A stretch of 32,000 nucleotides of DNA. Origin: Candidatus Saccharimonadota bacterium. GTDB lineage: Archaea; Micrarchaeota; Micrarchaeia; Micrarchaeales; Micrarchaeaceae. The translations under genes and the position numbers were made by a program. Of this stretch, positions 19,690-25,892 are shown in pieces. Location of the stretch: the NCBI GenBank assembly GCA_021654395.1, contig AP024486.1, forward strand, positions 180,001 through 212,000, written 5' to 3'. Numbering within the stretch: position 1 is the first letter of the stretch; each line of letters starts with the position of its first letter. A model generated the notes under the pieces. The model searched no databases, had not been told where the DNA came from, and saw only the letters and a program-made list of their open reading frames with translations.

Positions 19690-22577
19690 TGATAGGGGAT
19701 TATTACCTTGCAGGAAAAAATCAGACGCTTGCTGAACATCTTGTAGACACTGGAAGGAATTCTGGAGAACTAGCAAAGAGCTATAGTGAAAAATATATTA
19801 GCTCGATCAAAAAAAGCAGATATATTAATATACCTGATGAAGCTTTAGATAAATTACCAGAGTTGTTTAGTACTTATGGCTCTTTGGTGGGATTTTTACA
19901 TGATTTTGGAAAAGTATCACGCAGATTCCAGTGTAATTTAAAAAGGCATTATAAAATTTGGCCAATCAGTAAAATAAAAGAAGAAGATAATAAACAGAAA
20001 ATAAAAAAAGAAGATAATAAACAGAAAAGCAATGACTCTAAAGGTATAACCAAACGTTCAAAAGTGGAATTATACAATATTCAAATTGATATTTTGAATG
20101 CCAGAAGAGTAGCAGAGCTTAAAAGTAAACTAAAACGCGGATATACAAAGTTTAGGCACCCAATAGCTGCGCTACCCGTAGTATACTTCTTCCTTAACAT
20201 TTTAACCTTAGAGCCACTAGAAGATTTAAAAAACAAACTTACTGAAAAGGATCAGATGCTTGCTGAACATCTGAAAGAGATATTTGATGCTTGTGCTCTT
20301 CTAGCTATATACTTTCACCATAATGAAATTAATTTGTCAACATTATATAACGATGTGCTTCGTTTAAGTAGCGAGAAAAATTATGATGATTATCTTACTC
20401 TTTCAGAAGAAGAAGTTAAAATTGGCTTTGAAATAGTAAGAAATCATATAAAAGAAGCAGTAAAAAATATTAAAGATGAAGATATAAAGAAGATATCTAT
20501 AGAAGAATTTAATAAATTTATAGGATTAGACACAAGTAGCAGCTTCAAAGAAAAGTATAAAGAGAAGCTTAAGAGAATACTTTTAGATATTATTAAAGAA
20601 AAGTTTTTAGCTTATAGCATTGATAATATTTCAGACCTTATGCTAGGGAAGGAGATCCTAACTATTCTTTACTCTAGTTTAATAGAGGGAGATTGGACCT
20701 CATCCTCTAAAAGGATTAAAGATGATATTAACAATAGACCTCAGGATAATATATGCTTTAATGAACTTTATGAGCGCTTAAAAAGCAAATTAGAAGAACT
20801 TAAAATTAAAGAAACAAATTCAGAGGTATCTACTATTAGACAAGAAATAACGCATGCTATTGATTCTAGCAAAGGCAATAAGATTATATTGACTGCTCCT
20901 ACAGGTATAGGAAAAACAGAGATATCTTTACTATGGGCGCTTAAAAAAGCACATGAAATCGATGCAAAAAAGATAATCTATGTTTTGCCTTTAAAAGCGC
21001 TTATAGAAGATATATATGAAAGACTTAAAAAATATTTTGGAGAAGGAGATATTATAAATAGATGGGATTCTGATGGTGAAATCGATCTACTTGAGTCTGT
21101 ACAAAAAGAGTTAGAAGATAAAAAACCAGATGATAAAAAAACTGAAAGCAGTGATTTATTTAACTTTCTAAAAGTAGCAAGAAAATATTTCCTTAAGGGC
21201 AAAATAATTATAACAACAGCCGATCAGATCTTAATGACATACCTAAATAACGGAAGATATGCAATTAGATATGGTATGTTCTATGACTCAGTTTTTGTTT
21301 TTGATGAAATACAAAATTACGGCTCTACTATAAGAAATCTCTTATATCATTTTATTAATGATGTTCCAAGGGCTTACTTAATAATGACTGCAACACTACC
21401 TGTAGAGTTAAAGAAGTTAGGTAAAAAGCTAATAGATTTTGACGAACTTATAGAAAACGATAAATGGTTGGAATTTCATAAATATAGAGATGCTAGCATA
21501 TCTACATATAAAGAGAGTATAGATGTATATCTAAACTCTTCTTATGAAGATATATTATCATCCCTTAAAGAAGACTTAAAGAATAAAGATATAAACCGCA
21601 TTGCTGTAGTGGTTAACACTATTAGCGAAGCCTTAGAGTTATATAATAAAATTAAAAAAGATATAAACGAAGAGATAGAAAAAGGTAATGTAAATATATC
21701 TCTTCTGCATTCTGAAATGCTTAAAGATGATAAAGACAAAGTTCTAAAGTCATTCTTAGAAGATAAAAAGACAACGCAATTATCTAACTCAAGTAATTCA
21801 GATACTATCTCAGCGAACCAGAAAAGGATATTGGTCTCTACGCAAGTAATAGAAACCGGGGTAAATATATCTTTTGATAAGATGTATAGACTAATAGCTC
21901 CTTTGCAGTCTATTGTGCAGTCTATGGGAAGAGTTCATAGATTTGATGAAAATAATAAACCTTTTGAATTTGTAATACTTTACCCTTCTCATGAAGAGAA
22001 AGACAAAGATAAAGAAAGCAAAGACAAAGATAAAGAAAATAAGAAAAGTAATGAAGGCTTAAATAAAGATATTTTTGAACCTTATCCTATGGAAGATGTC
22101 TATACTTCACTAAATTTTATTAAAAGTATCGAAAATGAAGGAGTTAAAAGTAAATTCGACTTCGAAAAGAAAGTTGAAGAATATATATTAAACCAGTTTA
22201 AAGAGGAATCGTTTTACATAGAGTATGATTACTTTAAGCCTATACTTGCTAAAGTAAAAGCAAGCGTTTGGACTACTTCCAGTGTAGAAGAGATATTAGG
22301 AACAAATCTAAGAGAGATTTCTAATAGAGTGCCTGCTTTTGTAGGAAGTGAAGAAGAGTATAAAGAACTACGTAATAAAATTGCAAGTAAAAAAGATAAC
22401 CTTACAGAAGACGACGTAAGAGATTTATTGGAATTCAAGAAGAGGTTTATCAATATAAACAAATGGGGTATTAAGTTTATGAACTACATGATTAAGCCCA
22501 AGTCTGTAATAGAAGGAGGTTACGTATTAGACGAGGAAGCGTATAATGTTTTAGCAGGTAAACCAACAAAAATATAA
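19686..22577 (+). CDS. cas3: Cas3 fusion of HD nuclease and SF2 helicase
   Basis: HD domain motifs LAEHLVDTG and GFLHDFGK. Helicase motif I LTAPTGIGKTE, motif II VFDEIQ, motif VI QSMGRVHR. 963 aa. Confidence 0.9.
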   Translation: MMIGDYYLAGKNQTLAEHLVDTGRNSGELAKSYSEKYISSIKKSRYINIPDEALDKLPELFSTYGSLVGFLHDFGKVSRRFQCNLKRHYKIWPISKIKEEDNKQKIKKEDNKQKSNDSKGITKRSKVELYNIQIDILNARRVAELKSKLKRGYTKFRHPIAALPVVYFFLNILTLEPLEDLKNKLTEKDQMLAEHLKEIFDACALLAIYFHHNEINLSTLYNDVLRLSSEKNYDDYLTLSEEEVKIGFEIVRNHIKEAVKNIKDEDIKKISIEEFNKFIGLDTSSSFKEKYKEKLKRILLDIIKEKFLAYSIDNISDLMLGKEILTILYSSLIEGDWTSSSKRIKDDINNRPQDNICFNELYERLKSKLEELKIKETNSEVSTIRQEITHAIDSSKGNKIILTAPTGIGKTEISLLWALKKAHEIDAKKIIYVLPLKALIEDIYERLKKYFGEGDIINRWDSDGEIDLLESVQKELEDKKPDDKKTESSDLFNFLKVARKYFLKGKIIITTADQILMTYLNNGRYAIRYGMFYDSVFVFDEIQNYGSTIRNLLYHFINDVPRAYLIMTATLPVELKKLGKKLIDFDELIENDKWLEFHKYRDASISTYKESIDVYLNSSYEDILSSLKEDLKNKDINRIAVVVNTISEALELYNKIKKDINEEIEKGNVNISLLHSEMLKDDKDKVLKSFLEDKKTTQLSNSSNSDTISANQKRILVSTQVIETGVNISFDKMYRLIAPLQSIVQSMGRVHRFDENNKPFEFVILYPSHEEKDKDKESKDKDKENKKSNEGLNKDIFEPYPMEDVYTSLNFIKSIENEGVKSKFDFEKKVEEYILNQFKEESFYIEYDYFKPILAKVKASVWTTSSVEEILGTNLREISNRVPAFVGSEEEYKELRNKIASKKDNLTEDDVRDLLEFKKRFININKWGIKFMNYMIKPKSVIEGGYVLDEEAYNVLAGKPTKI
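19977..20030 (+). repeat. In-frame 27-nt tandem duplication inside the cas3 HD region (KEEDNKQKI/KKEDNKQKS)
   Basis: AAAGAAGAAGATAATAAACAGAAAATA followed directly by AAAAAAGAAGATAATAAACAGAAAAGC. 24 of 27 nt identical. Confidence 0.9.
21999..22040 (+). repeat. In-frame 21-nt tandem duplication inside the cas3 C-terminal region (KDKDKES/KDKDKEN)
   Basis: AAAGACAAAGATAAAGAAAGC followed by AAAGACAAAGATAAAGAAAAT. Confidence 0.9.
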
Positions 22578-22597
22578 AAAGATTAAGGAAGAAAGCG

Positions 22598-23131
22598 ATG
22601 ATCAAGGTGAAGGAGGAGAGTTTATCTGATATAGAATTTAACGATATAAGTGGTGTAGAGGTACAGTACTACTTTACATGTAAAACAGAGTTATGGTTAT
22701 TTTCACATCAAATTCTTTATACAAATGAAGATGAAAATGTCTTAATAGGAAGATTATTGCATGAGAGTAAATATAAAAGAAAGAAGAAAGAGCTTTCTAT
22801 AAATAGAAGCAAGCTTGATGTATTTAATGTAGATCCTTATCTAATCTATGAATTAAAGAAAAGTAAGATAACTGAAGGAGATATCTATCAGCTAAAGTTT
22901 TATTTATACCAAGTCTATTTAGCAACTAATAAAAAACCAAAAGGAGTTATAATAACAAAAGGCTTTAGAAGATTAATAGAGCTTAGTGATGAAGATATAA
23001 AAACAATTGAAAGCGCATTAGAAGATATTAAAATAATTAAGTCTTTAGACGTTCCTCCAAAGCCAGAGTATAAAAAGATATGCAGACTCTGCTCTTATAG
23101 AAGATTCTGCTTTGGAGATATATATGAGTAA
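22598..23131 (+). CDS. cas4: Cas4 RecB-like nuclease with a 4-Cys Fe-S cluster
   Basis: N-terminal Cys (YYFTCKTE) plus the C-terminal CRLCSYRRFC. Nuclease motifs D...ELK (DPYLIYELKK) and QLKFY. Confidence 0.85.
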   Translation: MIKVKEESLSDIEFNDISGVEVQYYFTCKTELWLFSHQILYTNEDENVLIGRLLHESKYKRKKKELSINRSKLDVFNVDPYLIYELKKSKITEGDIYQLKFYLYQVYLATNKKPKGVIITKGFRRLIELSDEDIKTIESALEDIKIIKSLDVPPKPEYKKICRLCSYRRFCFGDIYE

Positions 23132-24083
23132 AAAGAACTTATACATATTTAAAGATGGAGCTATAAGACTAAAGAATACTACATTATACCTAATAACTAA
23201 AGAAGAAAAGATACCACTGCAAATAGAGCAGATAAGAAGCATATACTTTATAGGCTCTGGATCTATATCAACTAAAGTTCTACAGAGATTCAAAGAGCTT
23301 GGCATATTAATACATTTTTATGATAGATTCGGTAATTATATAGGAACTTTCTATCCAAAGGATAATCTTATATCTGGAGAGATCTTACTAAGACAAGCTA
23401 AAGCAGCAATAGATATTAATTCTAGATTGAGATTTGCAAAGCTATTTGTGACTGGTGCAATGAAGAACATAAATTGGATACTAGATAGATTTGGGCTAGA
23501 TCAGTTAGAAATAAAAGACATTAGCAATATATCTAATATAAATGAACTTATGCAAGCTGAGGGCTTGTTTAGAAGAATGTTTTATGATAAATTAGACTCT
23601 AAATTGCCTGATGAATTTAAGATAGTTAAGAGAGAGATGCATCCACCATCAAATAGAGGTAATGCGCTATTAAGCTTTCTAAACTCTTTAGTCTATAACC
23701 TCGTTACAACTGAAATCTATTATACTCATTTAAACCCTTCTATCTCCTATCTACATGAACCATTTGAAAGAAGATTCTCGTTGAGCTTAGATGTTGCTGA
23801 GATATTTAAACCTTTACTAAGTGAAAGATTAATCTTAAGATTATGCGATCTAAAGCAGCTAGATCCAGTAGCAGATTTTGAAGATAATGAGGGCTTATTC
23901 TTAAGCAAATTAGGATTGAAGAAAGTTGTTAAAGCATTTGATGATGAGATATCTAAAACAATACAATTTAGAACTAAAAATAAGAACGTTACAATAAGGC
24001 AGCTTGTCCGTATAGAGCTATATAAGATAGAAAAGGATCTCTTAGGAATAAAGGAGTATAAGCCATTAGTATGTTGGTGGTAA
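23124..24083 (+). CDS. cas1: Cas1 integrase
   Basis: MSKKNLYIFKDGAIRLKNTTL..., and SYLHEPFERRFSLSLDVAEIFKP (the conserved H..E...SL.LD..E.F.P region). I prefer the ATG at 23124, which overlaps the cas4 stop by 8 nt, to the track's TTG at 23112. Confidence 0.9.
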   Translation: MSKKNLYIFKDGAIRLKNTTLYLITKEEKIPLQIEQIRSIYFIGSGSISTKVLQRFKELGILIHFYDRFGNYIGTFYPKDNLISGEILLRQAKAAIDINSRLRFAKLFVTGAMKNINWILDRFGLDQLEIKDISNISNINELMQAEGLFRRMFYDKLDSKLPDEFKIVKREMHPPSNRGNALLSFLNSLVYNLVTTEIYYTHLNPSISYLHEPFERRFSLSLDVAEIFKPLLSERLILRLCDLKQLDPVADFEDNEGLFLSKLGLKKVVKAFDDEISKTIQFRTKNKNVTIRQLVRIELYKIEKDLLGIKEYKPLVCWW

Positions 24084-24084
24084 T

Positions 24085-24357
24085 TTGTTTGTTATTGTTG
24101 TTTATGATATAAGTTCAGTTAGATTACAAGGAAGAATCAGAAACTTCTTGAGAAGATTTCTAAATCATATTCAGCTATCAGTATTTGATGGTGAGTTAGA
24201 TCCTTCACAGGCTAAGGAGATTGAGCTGTTCTTAAAGGATCAGAATTATAACGATGGTGAATATACTATTATGTATACAATTAGCTTTCATGGAAAAGTT
24301 GATAGAAACATATTTGGTAAACCGAAAGATTTAAGATATGATGAGAACATAATATAG
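24085..24357 (+). CDS. cas2: Cas2
   Basis: 90 aa. The N-terminal beta strand MFVIVVYDIS carries the conserved Asp. It lies directly after cas1 and before the array. Confidence 0.85.
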   Translation: MFVIVVYDISSVRLQGRIRNFLRRFLNHIQLSVFDGELDPSQAKEIELFLKDQNYNDGEYTIMYTISFHGKVDRNIFGKPKDLRYDENII

Positions 24358-24435
24358 TATTATACATTTGCACAAAAATAGGTTTGTAGCAATTTTTAAT
24401 TGTGTTTTACCAAAATGTATTCGAAGCTGCGGCTG
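24358..24435 (+). promoter_or_regulatory. Putative CRISPR leader (only 78 nt between the cas2 stop and repeat 1)
   Basis: AT-rich with a TATA-like TTTTTAATTG. Its position next to cas2 and the repeat orientation (3' end ...ATGTAAAC) both argue for plus-strand transcription. Confidence 0.45.
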
Positions 24436-25537
24436 GTATAAAATCATACAGAGATGGATGTAAACCCTCAGCTTCCAAGCTTACCCAGAAGCGCAAACAA
24501 CAGTATAAAATCATACAGAGATGGATGTAAACTGTGGTATACCTTTGCAAATGTATTTGATTAATGTAGTCTGTATAAAATCATACAGAGATGGATGTAA
24601 ACTAGGTTCCAGCTGTATAACTATTTGAATATACTAAAAGTATAAAATCATACAGAGATGGATGTAAACATATATAGCATTACTATAGAGCCATTTATAC
24701 TTGGCGTATAAAATCATACAGAGATGGATGTAAACGAGTTGTAGATATCATACTTAACTCGTCGTCAGATAGGTATAAAATCATACAGAGATGGATGTAA
24801 ACATGAATCTCTCAATGCTGATAATCATGAATTCCTATACTATTAGTATAAAATCATACAGAGATGGATGTAAACTTGCAATTTAATTTGTGAATTTAAT
24901 ATTATTATTTTGTATAAAATCATACAGAGATGGATGTAAACTTAGGTTCAGATGCTATCTCTATATCATGATTTAAATGCATAAAATCATACAGAGATGG
25001 ATGTAAACTTCTATATAAGCTATTTTTTATGTTTTTTTATTTTGTATAAAATCATACAGAGATGGATGTAAACCAGTTCCAATACTCGATATAGGATTTA
25101 CTTCGCATAAGTATAAAATCATACAGAGATGGATGTAAACTCGCAGACATTCTTTCATATGATTCCACTGAGATTTGTATAAAATCATACAGAGATGGAT
25201 GTAAACTTGGCATAACAATCAATTAGTAATATATAAAGGAAGAGTATAAAATCATACAGAGATGGATGTAAACGCGGTTGTAAGCATAGTGCAAAACATA
25301 AAGGTATAAGTATAAAATCATACAGAGATGGATGTAAACGATATAACAGTAAAGCTAAATCCTACATTAAGCATAGTATAAAATCATACAGAGATGGATG
25401 TAAACTCTGTTATTTTCATTCCTTTCATACCTCCTCCTCTCGTATAAAATCATACAGAGATGGATGTAAACACATATTACTAGATGCTAACCGCTCTAAA
25501 ATGGATAGTATAAAATCATACAGAGATGGATGTAAAC
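24436..25537 (+). CRISPR. CRISPR array: 17 repeats of 30 nt (GTATAAAATCATACAGAGATGGATGTAAAC) and 16 unique spacers
   Basis: Repeat starts counted by hand: 24436, 24503, 24573, 24640, 24706, 24773, 24846, 24912, 24979, 25044, 25111, 25177, 25244, 25310, 25376, 25442, 25508. Spacer lengths: 37, 40, 37, 36, 37, 43, 36, 37, 35, 37, 36, 37, 36, 36, 36, 36 nt. All repeats are identical except repeat 9 (24979), which has T2>C (GCATAAAATC...). Confidence 0.97.
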
Positions 25538-25567
25538 TAAGCATCACTCAAATAATTGTCAATAGTA

Positions 25568-25577
25568 TTAAATATAT
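25568..25577 (+). promoter_or_regulatory. TATA-like box upstream of the array-embedded mini-ORF
   Basis: TTAAATATAT centred about 32 nt upstream of the ATG at 25605. This is compatible with a leaderless or very short-leader archaeal mRNA. AT-rich motifs are common here, so the support is weak. Confidence 0.25.
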
Positions 25578-25604
25578 TACCTGTGTTATTATTATTTAGA
25601 GTAT

Positions 25605-25784
25605 ATGAGATGGCATTGGTTGGTAATAAGCTCCTTTGTGATTCTGTTGTTTGGTCTAAGTATGGGGAGTTGGAATTCGATAGTAGGTGGGTTTCTGAGT
25701 TTAATGGGCTTTGTCGTGTTTGGAATGGGCTTAGGCTACCTCCTAGCGGAGCATATCCTGAAGAAGGAGCAGAAATCAAATTAG
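25605..25784 (+). CDS. Candidate 59-aa two-TM glycine-rich mini-protein embedded in the CRISPR array (not in the ORF track)
   Basis: My own translation: MRWHWLVISSFVILLFGLSMGSWNSIVGGFLSLMGFVVFGMGLGYLLAEHILKKEQKSN*. It has two hydrophobic helices joined by a 3-4 residue turn, small-xxx-small motifs (GFVVFGMGLG) and a charged C-terminal tail. G+T-rich codons explain the local base skew. This is compositional and structural plausibility only. Two other frames are also open here. Confidence 0.4.
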   Translation: MRWHWLVISSFVILLFGLSMGSWNSIVGGFLSLMGFVVFGMGLGYLLAEHILKKEQKSN

Positions 25785-25822
25785 ATGTGGTGTAGTCTCC
25801 GCTTAAAGCATAACCTCCTCTG

Positions 25823-25852
25823 GTATAAAATCATACAGAGATGGATGTAAAC
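25823..25852 (+). CRISPR. 18th, perfect CRISPR repeat, separated from repeat 17 by 285 nt
   Basis: Exact copy of GTATAAAATCATACAGAGATGGATGTAAAC, 40 nt upstream of the photolyase ATG. Confidence 0.95.
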
Positions 25853-25892
25853 GGAGATATTTAATTAAATTAACTTCTTCATTAATGATTTA

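Noticed and set aside
14449-23305. Antisense track ORFs 14449..14742, 15921..16109, 16620..16883, 20978..21202, 21542..21739, 22229..22462 and 23045..23305 (all minus strand)
   Set aside because: They are shadows of the S66 pseudogene and of cas8b, cas3, cas4 and cas1. Their S/L/F/I-rich products come from antisense K/E-rich codons.
15185-24357. Classifying the cas locus as type I-A, which might be expected for a thermoacidophilic crenarchaeon-like host
   Set aside because: Cas3 is a single HD-helicase fusion, and no csa5/cas11 gene or split cas3'/cas3'' is present. The order cas6-cas8-cas7-cas5-cas3-cas4-cas1-cas2 is the canonical I-B arrangement.
15185-24357. An impression that the interference genes (cas7, cas3) use different codons from the host genes and cas1 (AAA-rich Lys, mixed Ile codons)
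   Set aside because: When I tallied samples by eye, cas6 and cas4 were as ATA-biased as the host genes, and the Lys codon bias is confounded by the K/E-rich low-complexity inserts. It is not robust without a computed codon-usage or tetranucleotide analysis.
24436-24465. A stable hairpin within the CRISPR repeat
   Set aside because: Only a 3-bp CAT/ATG pairing is available. The repeat is essentially unstructured, as in many archaeal type I repeats.
25027-25218. 63-aa minus-strand ORF from the track lying inside the CRISPR array
   Set aside because: It spans repeats 10-12 and is built from repeated translations of the repeat (…YIHLCMILY… occurs twice). This is an artefact of the array.
25406-25441. 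Spacer 15 ends ...CATACCTCCTCCTCTC and the sequence just before repeat 18 ends ...CATAACCTCCTCTG, which could suggest related protospacers
   Set aside because: The similarity is limited to a short pyrimidine run of about 12 nt with indels, and the upstream parts do not align. It is probably chance or a shared anti-SD-like motif.
25537-25795. Track ORFs of 80 aa (minus, 25537..25779) and 79 aa (plus, 25556..25795, TTG start) in the 285-nt insert
   Set aside because: Both are open mainly because the G+T skew depletes stop codons. The minus-strand product is S/P/N/T low-complexity. The plus-strand 79-aa frame starts at a TTG 19 nt after a repeat and has no recognisable fold signature. The third frame, the 59-aa two-TM ORF, best explains the skew. 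I cannot fully exclude the 79-aa frame without conservation data.
25600-25800. The idea that the GC-richer island in the array is a structured non-coding RNA, since structural RNAs stand out as GC islands in AT-rich thermophile genomes
   Set aside because: G outnumbers C about 2.5:1 by my hand count (55 vs 22). I found only scattered 6-7 bp complementarities, for example AGCGGAG 25745-25751 with CTCCGCT 25797-25803. That is a poor basis for a stable thermophilic RNA fold. It is not formally excluded, and covariance analysis would decide.
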